Below are positions 26,202 to 34,168 of a stretch of 64,000 bases of DNA, in pieces (position 1 is the stretch's first letter; every line of letters starts with the position of its first letter). The stretch covers positions 4,960,001 to 5,024,000 of the forward strand of contig OY969474.1 of assembly GCA_963700145.1 (NCBI GenBank), read 5' to 3'. A model generated the notes under the pieces. That model was given only the letters and a program-made list of their open reading frames with translations. It ran no database searches and was not told the origin of the DNA. The stretch is from an uncultured Acidobacteriota bacterium (lineage in GTDB: Bacteria > Acidobacteriota > Thermoanaerobaculia > Multivoradales > UBA5704). The translations under genes were made by a program, and so were the position numbers.

Positions 26202-28372
26202 CGCGGCGCGGCGTAGGTGACGCGGTAGACCGCCCCGGCGCCGTCGTCGGAGACCAGGAGCGACCCGTCCGGCATCTCCTGCACGTCCGCCGGCCGCCCC
26301 CACTCGTCGCCGCCCTGCAGCCACCCCTCGACGAACGGCTCGTACTCGACGGCGCGGTCGCCGTCGAGCTTGACGCGCGTGACGCGGTAGCCGATCGGCG
26401 TCGAGCGGTTCCAGGAGCCGTGCTCGGCGATCAGGATCTGGCCGCGGTACTCGGCGGGGAACATGGCGCCGCGGTAGAAGCGCATGCCGATCGAGGCCAC
26501 GTGCGGGCCGAGCTCGCGGGCCGGGGGCGTGAGCTCGGAGCAGGGGCGCTTGTGGCCGAACTCGGGGTCGGAGATGTCGCGGCCGTGGCAGTACGGGTAG
26601 CCGAAGTGGAGACCGGGGCGCGGCGCGCGGTTGAGCTCGTCGGGCGGCACGTCGTCGCCCAGCAGGTCGCGTCCGTTCTCGGTGAACCAGAGCTCTTTGG
26701 TCTGGGGGTGCCAGTCGAAGCCGACGGTGTTGCGGATGCCGTGGGCGAAGATCTCCCGCTTGCTGCCGTCGGGGCTCATGCGGGTGATGGTGGCGTGGAT
26801 CGGGTCCTCGGACTCGCAGATGTTGCACGGCATCCCGACCGGCACGTAGAGCCAGCCGTCGGGGCCGAAGGCGATGAACTTCCAGCCGTGGTGGCGGCCA
26901 CGCGGGTAGTCGTCGCGCAGGACGACCGGCGCGGGCGGGCTCTGGAGGCGGGCGTCGATGCCGTCGTAGCGCAGGACGCGGTAGACCTCGGCGACGTAGA
27001 GGGCGCCGTCGCGCCAGGCGACGCCGTTGGGCATGCGCAGGCCGCGGGCGATGGTGTGGACGCGCTCGGCGCGGTGGTCGCCGTCGCGGTCGACGGCGGC
27101 GTAGACGACGTCGTCGCGGGTGCCGACGTAGAGGACGCCGTTGGGGGACAGGGCCATGGAGCGGGCGCCGGGGAGCTGGTCGCTCCAGACTTCGATCTTG
27201 AAGCCTGGCGGGAGGCGGAGGGTGTGGAGGGGGAGGTTGGTCGCCGGGGGTGCGGCGGGAACGGCGGTGTCGGCGGCGGGCGCTGCGGCCGGCGCGGCGG
27301 CGGCGGGTGGCGCGGTGCTCTCGCGCGGCGGGGCGGCGGCGCCGTTGCCGGGGGCGCAGGCGGCGAGGAGGATCAAGGCGACGCCGGCGGCCATGGCGAG
27401 GACGGCACCGAAGGCGCGCCAGCCGGAGCGCTCGCCGAAGAGGGTGCGGCCGAGGATCAAGGCCATGACGTTGCCGATGCCGCGCTTGAGGGTTTCCACG
27501 ATTCCCACCCAGAGGCCCTGGAAGGCTAGGAGCTGCAGGGCGAGGGCGAGGGTACTCGAAATGACGGCGAAGGCGAAGACGGCGGGGACGCGGGTGATGG
27601 CGGTTAGCTCTCGGGCGCGGCCTCGGGCGATGAGGATGAGGAGGACGATGAGGGCTACGCCGGCGGTGAGGATGAAAGCGTGGAAGGGGGTGCTGGAGCG
27701 GTCGAGAGCTAGCTTGTCGAGGGGGGGCGTGATCGACCAGGCGAGGGCTGTGAAAGCCATCCAGGCGGCGCCGATTGCGTGGGGCCGGTGGGGGGCGGTC
27801 CCCCCGGGGACCGGCGCGCGCTCTGTGTGGACTGCTGGATCTGAGGCGCGCGCCTGCGCTTCGCTGCGCGCGGGATCGGCGGTGGGCTGCGGCGGGGGTT
27901 GCCGGCGCTTGCTCAGAGCTCCCCGGGGGGACCGCCCCCCACCGGCCTTGGGACCGAGGTCGCTACCCAGAAAAACAGCGCCCAGGACGACGAGGACGAT
28001 GCCGAAGAGTTGGGGTGTCGAGGGGCGCTCGTTGAGGAGGGGGATGGCTACTAGGGTGGTGAAGACCGGGGTGAGGGAGAGGAGCGGCACAGCCAGGGAG
28101 AGGGGGGCGAGGCGCATGCCGCGGAGAAGGGCCAGGTTGGCGGCTACGTTGAGGGCTACGGAGATGGCGGCGGGGAGGAGGTAGCCGGGGCGTGGGGGAG
28201 TGGCTTGGGTGGGGTCTATGGCTAGCCAGGCGGCGAAGGGGAGGGCGGCGCCGCCGGCCAGGAGGACGAGGAGGGCGAGGGGGCGGATCTGGGCGACGAG
28301 GAGCTTGCGGCTCGCGTCGTGGGCGGACCAGGCGATGCCGCAGGCGACGGCTAGGAGGAGGGGGAGGCCCAC
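26198..28372 (-). CDS. EamA/DMT transporter in frame with a glucose/sorbosone dehydrogenase (GSDH beta-propeller)
   Basis: Multiple TM helices (LSLTPVFTTL, ILGRTLFGE), then the lipobox LILLAAC, LRLPPGF, PNGVAW, HHGWKFIAFGPDG, GIRN, HGSWNRS and GRPADV. Confidence 0.8.
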   Translation of the reverse strand: MGLPLLLAVACGIAWSAHDASRKLLVAQIRPLALLVLLAGGAALPFAAWLAIDPTQATPPRPGYLLPAAISVALNVAANLALLRGMRLAPLSLAVPLLSLTPVFTTLVAIPLLNERPSTPQLFGIVLVVLGAVFLGSDLGPKAGGGRSPRGALSKRRQPPPQPTADPARSEAQARASDPAVHTERAPVPGGTAPHRPHAIGAAWMAFTALAWSITPPLDKLALDRSSTPFHAFILTAGVALIVLLILIARGRARELTAITRVPAVFAFAVISSTLALALQLLAFQGLWVGIVETLKRGIGNVMALILGRTLFGERSGWRAFGAVLAMAAGVALILLAACAPGNGAAAPPRESTAPPAAAAPAAAPAADTAVPAAPPATNLPLHTLRLPPGFKIEVWSDQLPGARSMALSPNGVLYVGTRDDVVYAAVDRDGDHRAERVHTIARGLRMPNGVAWRDGALYVAEVYRVLRYDGIDARLQSPPAPVVLRDDYPRGRHHGWKFIAFGPDGWLYVPVGMPCNICESEDPIHATITRMSPDGSKREIFAHGIRNTVGFDWHPQTKELWFTENGRDLLGDDVPPDELNRAPRPGLHFGYPYCHGRDISDPEFGHKRPCSELTPPARELGPHVASIGMRFYRGAMFPAEYRGQILIAEHGSWNRSTPIGYRVTRVKLDGDRAVEYEPFVEGWLQGGDEWGRPADVQEMPDGSLLVSDDGAGAVYRVTYAAPR
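27783..27947. repeat. 165-bp element with perfect 28-bp terminal inverted repeats, inside the EamA coding frame
   Basis: GGCCGGTGGGGGGCGGTCCCCCCGGGGA at 27783-27810 and its exact reverse complement at 27920-27947. Confidence 0.88.
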
Positions 28373-28402
28373 GCGGGCGCTACGCTACACTGCGCGCAGG
28401 CA

Positions 28403-30166
28403 ATGAACCTCACCCCGGAGCAGGTGGCCGAGATCCTGGTGCGGCAGGGGCGGATCACCCCCGAGCAGGGGGAGATCGTCGAGAACGAGGCGAAGCTCGT
28501 GCCGCGGCGGACGCGGTCGCACAGCGCCTACGACCAGCGGGCGGTGGCTTATGAGCTGGTCACCCGGCTGCGGCTGCCCGATCTCAAGGGCACGGGCGGC
28601 ACCCTCGGCGAGCTGGAGATCGCGCAGGCCATCGCCGACGAGGCGAAGCTGCCGCACGTGCGCATCGACACGCTGTCGCTCAACGCCGACCTGATCGAGG
28701 CCAAGGTCTCGCGTCCCTTCGCCAAGCGCCATCGCATGATCCCGCTGGAGATGTCGAACGGCCGCCTGCGGGTGGCCTGCGCCAACCCCTTCGACATCGA
28801 GGGCATCGACTCCTTCCGCCGCATCGCCGGGCGCGAGCTCGAGCTGGTGGTGGCGTCGGAGCCCGACATCCTCAAGGCGATCACCGAGTTCTACGGCCTG
28901 CGCCACTCGGTCAAGCGCGCCGAGCGCGACCTGACGACCGGCATCGACTTGGGCAACCTCGAGCAGCTGGTGCGCATGAAGAGCGAGTCGGAGATCGAGT
29001 CCTCCGACCAGCACGTCGTCAACGCCGTCGAGTTCATGCTCCAGCACGCCTACGACAGCCGCGCCTCCGACATCCACATCGAGCCCAAGCGCGGCGAGAG
29101 CCTGATCCGCTTCCGCATCGACGGCGTGCTCCACGACATCCAGAAGATGCCCAAGATCGTGCACGCGGCGGTGACCTCGCGGATCAAGACCATGTCGCGG
29201 CTCGACATCGCCGAGCGGCGGCGGCCGCAGGACGGGCGGGTGAAGACGACGCGCGCCGGGCGCGACGTCGAGCTGCGCGTCTCGACCCTGCCCGTCGCCT
29301 TTGGCGAGAAGCTGGTGATGCGGATCTTCGACCCCGAGGTCCTGATGCAGGACCTCTCGGGCCTCGGCTTCTACCCCGAAGAGCTGCAGCTCTTCAACGA
29401 CTTCATCACCCGCCCGCACGGCATCATCCTGGTCACCGGCCCGACCGGCTCGGGCAAGACGACCACCCTCTACTCGGCGCTCAAGGTCATCGCCACCCGC
29501 GACGTCAACGTGACCACGATCGAGGACCCGATCGAGATGGTCTACGACGAGTTCAACCAGACGGCGGTGCAGACCAAGGTCGGGATCACCTTCGCCGGCG
29601 CCCTGCGCCACATCCTGCGCCAGGATCCCGACGTCATCATGGTGGGCGAGATCCGCGACGCCGAGACGGCGCAGTACGCCATCCAGGCGGCGCTCACCGG
29701 CCACCTCGTCTTCTCGACGCTCCACACCAACGACGCGCCGTCGTCGGTCTCGCGCCTGGTGGACCTGGGCGTCGAGCGCTTCCTGATCAGCTCGACCCTG
29801 GTCGGCGCGATGGCGCAGCGGCTGGTGCGGAAGATCTGCCCGCACTGCGTCACCGAGCGGTCGCTCTCCGCCGACGAGGTGGCGACCCTGCGCCTGGCGG
29901 TGCCGCCGGGCAAGCGGGTGAAGGTCCACGAAGGCGCCGGCTGCTTCGAGTGCCGCGGCACCGGCTACTTCGGCCGCAGCGGCATCTTCGAGATCCTCCC
30001 CATCGACGACGCCGCCAAGCACCTCATCGTCCGCGGCGCCGACGCCCCCGAGATCAAGCGCGAAGCCATCAAGAACGGCATGCGCACGCTGCGGCAGTCG
30101 GCCCTGCGCAAGCTGGCCGAGGGGGTGACGACGTTCGAGGAAGTGGTGCGGGTGACCGGGATCTAG
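28403..30166 (+). CDS. GspE/PilB-family ATPase
   Basis: ASDIHIEP, RPQDGR, GPTGSGKTT, TIEDPIE, LRQDPDVIMVGEIRD, STLHTN and two CxxC motifs. Confidence 0.96.
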   Translation: MNLTPEQVAEILVRQGRITPEQGEIVENEAKLVPRRTRSHSAYDQRAVAYELVTRLRLPDLKGTGGTLGELEIAQAIADEAKLPHVRIDTLSLNADLIEAKVSRPFAKRHRMIPLEMSNGRLRVACANPFDIEGIDSFRRIAGRELELVVASEPDILKAITEFYGLRHSVKRAERDLTTGIDLGNLEQLVRMKSESEIESSDQHVVNAVEFMLQHAYDSRASDIHIEPKRGESLIRFRIDGVLHDIQKMPKIVHAAVTSRIKTMSRLDIAERRRPQDGRVKTTRAGRDVELRVSTLPVAFGEKLVMRIFDPEVLMQDLSGLGFYPEELQLFNDFITRPHGIILVTGPTGSGKTTTLYSALKVIATRDVNVTTIEDPIEMVYDEFNQTAVQTKVGITFAGALRHILRQDPDVIMVGEIRDAETAQYAIQAALTGHLVFSTLHTNDAPSSVSRLVDLGVERFLISSTLVGAMAQRLVRKICPHCVTERSLSADEVATLRLAVPPGKRVKVHEGAGCFECRGTGYFGRSGIFEILPIDDAAKHLIVRGADAPEIKREAIKNGMRTLRQSALRKLAEGVTTFEEVVRVTGI

Positions 30167-30381
30167 GCGGGTTTCCGCAGAGGCGAAGAAGTTCCCCGGC
30201 GGAAAATCACCGCCGGCAGGCAAGAGAAGCGGCCTTGCGGCGGTAACAAATCTCCTTCGCGCCGAACAAGCCGGTGCGCGGGTGCCCGTCTCATGGTGAT
30301 TTTTTACCTCTTCTCGTAAATGCCGCACGCACAGACACTTAGATTGAAATGCCGCGAGCTTGGAGCGTATGCTGACAAACG

Positions 30382-30792
30382 ATGCGCAAGAGCGTGCCTG
30401 CCGAAGTTCTCGGCCCCGAGGACTACGCCGCCGCCATCAAGGAGCTGCGGGGCACGCGCAAGCAGAAAGAGGTCGCGGATCGCGCCGGCATCACGCCGAA
30501 CCACTGGAACCGGCTGGAGAGCAGCAGGTCCCGCCTCACCCCGAAGACCCAGGCGAAGGTGGCGCGCGGGCTCGGCGTGGAGTTCGAGCGGTTCGCCCAG
30601 GTCGTGCTCGAGAACGCGTAGCGCCGGCTGCAGCGGCGGCCGGGCGCCGACGGCTCCGCGGTCGCCGAGCCCCCCGCCTCGTACGGGCCCGACGACACCC
30701 GGCTGCGCCAGGTGGAGGCGCACGTCCGGGCCAGCGCCGAGAGCTTGATCCAGGCCTTCCGCCTCTTCCACGAGCTGTCCTCCGCACGCTGA
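30382..30792 (+). pseudogene. XRE-family HTH regulator interrupted by an in-frame TAG at 30619-30621
   Basis: KQKEVADRAGITPNHWNRLE HTH; the frame continues after the stop as RRLQ...VAEPPASYG...FHELSSAR to TGA 30792. Confidence 0.6.
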
Positions 30793-30856
30793 ACCCGCTG
30801 CCATAGCGAGCTGCCGCGGCGCCGCCGCTGGCAGAGAAGTTGCTCCGGCCGGGGGC

Positions 30857-31925
30857 GTGGCCACCGCCGAAAAGAAGGTCGCCGAGCGCCTCGAGAAGCG
30901 CGAGGACGTGCAGTTCGCGCTCGAGCAGGCCGGCGGCGCCGACGAGCAGGCGGCCCCGAAGGCGCAGGTGTCACGGCGCGACCGCTCCTGGATCGCCGTC
31001 TGGGGGGTCGTCCTCGCCGTCCTCGCCGCCGCCTACCTCTGCTTCCGGCCGCGCTGGCTCCCCTTCTCGCCGCCGGCGCGCGAGATGGGGCTGCGCGTCG
31101 TGCGGGGGCTCGCGATGGTGGTGGGGGATCCTCGCCGCCGAGCGCGTCCTCTCGCTGCTGCTGATCGCGCGGCTGCGCGACCCGGTGTCGCGCTACAACC
31201 TCCACCGCGTCGCCGACCTGGTGGCGGTCCTCGCGGCGGCCTTCGTCGGCATCTCGGTCCTCTTCCGCAACTGGTACGCGGCGATCGTCTCGCTGGGGGT
31301 GATCTCGCTCATCCTGGGCTTCGCCCTGCAGACGCCGATCACCAGCCTACTGGCCTGGATCTACATCCTCATCCGCCGCCCTTACCGCGTCGGCGACCGC
31401 ATCCGCATCGGCGAGGCGACCGGCGACGTCATCGACGTCAGCTACCTCGACACCACCCTCTGGGAGTTCGGCGGCGAGTACCTCTCGACCGACCACCCGA
31501 GTGGCCGGCTGATCAAGTTCCCCAACTCCAACGTCCTGACGACGCCGGTCTACAACTACTCCTGGCCGCTCTTCCCCTACATCTGGAACGAGATCAAGTT
31601 CCACATCGCCTACGACAGCGATCTGGAGTGGGTGGCGGAGGTGATGAAGGAGGTGGCCGAGCAGGAGGTGGGCGAGCAGATGATGCGCCGCGTCCTCACC
31701 TACCGCGAGCTGCTCGCCAAGACCCCCGTCGACCACCTCGAGGTCCGCGAGCACCCGGCGGTGCTCTTCCGCGTCAGCGACAACACCTGGCTCGAGGTCA
31801 TCCTCCGCTACCTCGTCGACCCCAAGCAGGCCGGCCGCGTCAAGACCCGCCTCATCCAGGAGCTCCTCGCCCGCCTCAAGGCCGAGCCGGAGCGGGTGAT
31901 GTTTCCGAAGAGCAACCTGCGGTAG
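30857..31925 (+). pseudogene. mscS: MscS mechanosensitive channel with a +1 frameshift
   Basis: The N-terminal frame (30857) and the MscS core frame (LGFALQ, RPYRVGDRI, PNS) join if one G is removed from the G5 run at 31123-31127. Confidence 0.82.
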
Positions 31926-31930
31926 GGCGG

Positions 31931-32176
31931 CTAGCCTTCGAACAGCAGGCGAATCAGTCGATCGCGTTCCAGCCCACCATGCTGCGCGACGTCGGCGAGG
32001 ATGGATGACAGAGTGCCGACTCGCAGCGGCCGGTGTCGCGGCACCGTGACATGGTGTTCGCCGCCTTCGATGGTCGTGAGTCGCAGATGGCTGCCCGTCT
32101 GGCGCGTCACCTCGTACCCCAGACGGCGGAGTGCGGCGGCCAGCTCGTCGCCCGAGAGGTCGCGCGGCAGCCTCAC
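31931..32176 (-). CDS. hicA: HicA-family toxin
   Basis: LRRLGYEVTRQTGSH, VTVPRH and GTLSSIL. Confidence 0.9.
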   Translation of the reverse strand: MRLPRDLSGDELAAALRRLGYEVTRQTGSHLRLTTIEGGEHHVTVPRHRPLRVGTLSSILADVAQHGGLERDRLIRLLFEG

Positions 32177-32379
32177 GCCACGATGACTTCTTCTCGCACG
32201 AAGTGGAGGCGGATGAGCCTGGGGCGCTCGTCCTCAGCGAAATGGCAGTTGACCGCGTCGCGCACTTGCTCGTGAAGGGACGAGAGGTCGTCGGCCTCGG
32301 TGAAGATCGCCTCACCGAGAGCGCGCGCGATAAACCCCCCTTCGGGTGCTTCCTCGACCAGGAAGATGATTTCGGACAT
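32173..32379 (-). CDS. hicB: Short HicB-like antitoxin
   Basis: VEEAPEGGFIARALGEAIFTEAD...VRDAV; GTGA-coupled to hicA. Confidence 0.82.
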   Translation of the reverse strand: MSEIIFLVEEAPEGGFIARALGEAIFTEADDLSSLHEQVRDAVNCHFAEDERPRLIRLHFVREEVIVA

Positions 32380-32393
32380 CGTGGCTCAGCAGA

Positions 32394-32696
32394 TCAGCTG
32401 TCGCGCGCAGTATAGATACCGCACGCGTTCGGCTGGAGCCGCCGGTAGGCAGCACGCAACCGCGCCCAAGTCTCACGCACTTGTTCGTTCTCACGGGCTG
32501 TTACTTCGTCTTCAGGCAAGGGCCAGCCGTGGAGGCGACCGGCGAAGGCGACGAGGGCGAGGGCGGTGCGCACCGACCACTCGCGGTCCACGCCGCGCTC
32601 GCGCCGCTCAAGCCGCTCGCGCTCCTCGGCCGCGCGCCGCGCTTCTACCCACCGCAGCAGGTCTTGGGGCTCCACGGTGCGAGTATAAGGTTCCAC
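32394..32696 (-). CDS. Small hypothetical helical protein
   Basis: Coding-like ORF upstream of hicBA; start uncertain. Confidence 0.55.
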   Translation of the reverse strand: MEPYTRTVEPQDLLRWVEARRAAEERERLERRERGVDREWSVRTALALVAFAGRLHGWPLPEDEVTARENEQVRETWARLRAAYRRLQPNACGIYTARDS

Positions 32697-32716
32697 CCGC
32701 GGTAGTCTTTAGGCCC

Positions 32717-33088
32717 ATGCCCCGCGACGATCTCGGCCAAGCGCTCAAGCTGCTGCGGTACGTCCGCGGTTGGGAGCAGCGGCAGCTGGCGCGGGCGGCG
32801 AAGGTGCGGGGGCACTGGGTGGGCGAGTACGAGAGCGGCGACCGGCGGCCCGAGCCCGAAGAGCTGCGGCGGCTGGTGGCGGCGATGGGCTTCGCGCCGG
32901 ACGCCGTGGAGCGAACCCATCGGTTCCTCGCCGGCCTGCGCGAGACCGGCCCATCCGAGGCGCCGGAGGAGCGCGCCGAGGCGGCCGCCTCGCTGGCCAG
33001 CGAGCTGGAGCAGTTCGAGGCGGAGATGGCCGCCGCCGTCTCCCGTCTGAGCCGGACGATCCGCCAGCTCGCGCGCCGGGACGTCTAG
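32717..33088 (+). CDS. XRE-family HTH regulator with C-terminal helical extension
   Basis: LGQALKLLRYVRGWEQRQLA...YESGDRRP. Confidence 0.85.
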   Translation: MPRDDLGQALKLLRYVRGWEQRQLARAAKVRGHWVGEYESGDRRPEPEELRRLVAAMGFAPDAVERTHRFLAGLRETGPSEAPEERAEAAASLASELEQFEAEMAAAVSRLSRTIRQLARRDV

Positions 33089-33120
33089 GCCGCGGACGCG
33101 CCACGACCCCCGCGGGCGCT

Positions 33121-33273
33121 CCGGGACGGAAACGGGCGCTCGCCAACCGAAACGGGCGCTCGCCAACCGAAACGGGCGCTCCCGCACCGAAACAGGCGCC
33201 CCCCAGCCGAAACGGGCGCTCCCGCACCGAAACGGGCGCCCCCCAGCCGAAACGGGCGCTCCGGGACCGAAAG
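33121..33273. repeat. Tandem array of about eight 20-bp units
   Basis: Core CCGAAACGGGCGC(T/C) plus a variable 6-mer (CCGGGA, CGCCAA, CCCGCA, CCCCAG). Confidence 0.93.
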
Positions 33274-33436
33274 CGGCCTTCTGGGAGCGTCCGGCAGCTT
33301 CCAGCTCCTTCGTCGGAGCTCGAGAACGCTCTCCGCACAGCCATCCTCTTGGCCACGCTTCCGTTCCCGCCGCGGAAGCTCCCCGATCGTTGCTTTCGGG
33401 CTATCTTGCTCAGGGGTGACCAGGGAGGCCTTCCGT

Positions 33437-33682
33437 ATGGCAGAAGCGATCCTTGACCTCGACGACGCCACGGCTCGCCTGTCGCAGCTCGTCGAGCGCG
33501 CCGCGCGGGGAGAGGAGATCATCATCGCCAAGGCCGGCAAGCCGCTGGCGAAGCTGGTGCCCCTGGCGACTCGCCGCGAGCCTCGGAAGCCCGGCGGTTG
33601 GGAAGGAAAGGTGCGCATCGCCGAGGACTTCGATGCGCCCCTTCCGGACGAGCTCCAGGCGGACTTCGAAGGCCGCGAATGA
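33437..33682 (+). CDS. Phd/YefM-family antitoxin (orphan)
   Basis: LSQLVERAARGEEIIIAKAGKPLAKLVP and DFDAPLP; GGAGG RBS. Confidence 0.9.
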   Translation: MAEAILDLDDATARLSQLVERAARGEEIIIAKAGKPLAKLVPLATRREPRKPGGWEGKVRIAEDFDAPLPDELQADFEGRE

Positions 33683-33705
33683 GAGCTCCCACCTACCTCG
33701 CCACC

Positions 33706-33777
33706 GCGAGGTCAGCGCTGGATCGCGCCAGACGGCGCCAGCCTCTGTCTTGCTGAACTTGACGCCCGCGGTCGTCG
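33706..33777 (-). repeat. Degenerate 72-bp copy of an internal tyrS segment
   Basis: 63/72 ungapped identity (manual count) to 36447-36518; GVKFSKTEAGAVWRDPALTS compared with GVKFGKTEAGAVWLDPALTS. Confidence 0.88.
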
Positions 33778-33786
33778 CCGCTCGCC

Positions 33787-34158
33787 TCAGTCGACGAGCA
33801 GCCGCTCGAGGACGGCCGCGAGGGTGCGCTCGCCGAGGCCTTCGAACTCTACGAACTCGAGGCCCATGCCGCGCGGTTTCCGCCACCGGCGGCTCCAACG
33901 GACGACGGCCTTGGCGCGGATGGGGGGCTCCGCGGTGTCCGGCTCGCCTGCGCGTGGCCGGGGCTGGAACTCGAGCCAGACGAGGCTCCCCGGAGGGAAC
34001 GGGCTGCGCGTCGCCACGTACATGCCGCCGAGGCTCAGGTCCTCGGCGACGCCCTCGAGGTAGTCGCGCTCGCGGCGCTCCAGGGGGGTGCCGCGGTAGA
34101 CGACGTGCACGCCCGCCGCGACGCGGCGGTACCGCCTCCTGTCCTCGGGCCGGCTCAT
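33787..34158 (-). CDS. PilZ-domain protein
   Basis: DRRRYRR (RxxxR), DLSLGG (DxSxGG) and GMGLEF. Confidence 0.9.
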   Translation of the reverse strand: MSRPEDRRRYRRVAAGVHVVYRGTPLERRERDYLEGVAEDLSLGGMYVATRSPFPPGSLVWLEFQPRPRAGEPDTAEPPIRAKAVVRWSRRWRKPRGMGLEFVEFEGLGERTLAAVLERLLVD

Positions 34159-34168
34159 CGCTTCTACA

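Noticed and set aside
28403-30166. Complete type II secretion or type IV pilus locus
   Set aside because: Only the ATPase is present; no pilin, platform or secretin genes are adjacent
33121-33273. CRISPR array
   Set aside because: A 14-bp core with 6-bp recurring spacers is far too short, and there are no cas genes
30200-33790. Prophage or intact integrative element
   Set aside because: No integrase, transposase or phage structural gene, and no matched att pair found
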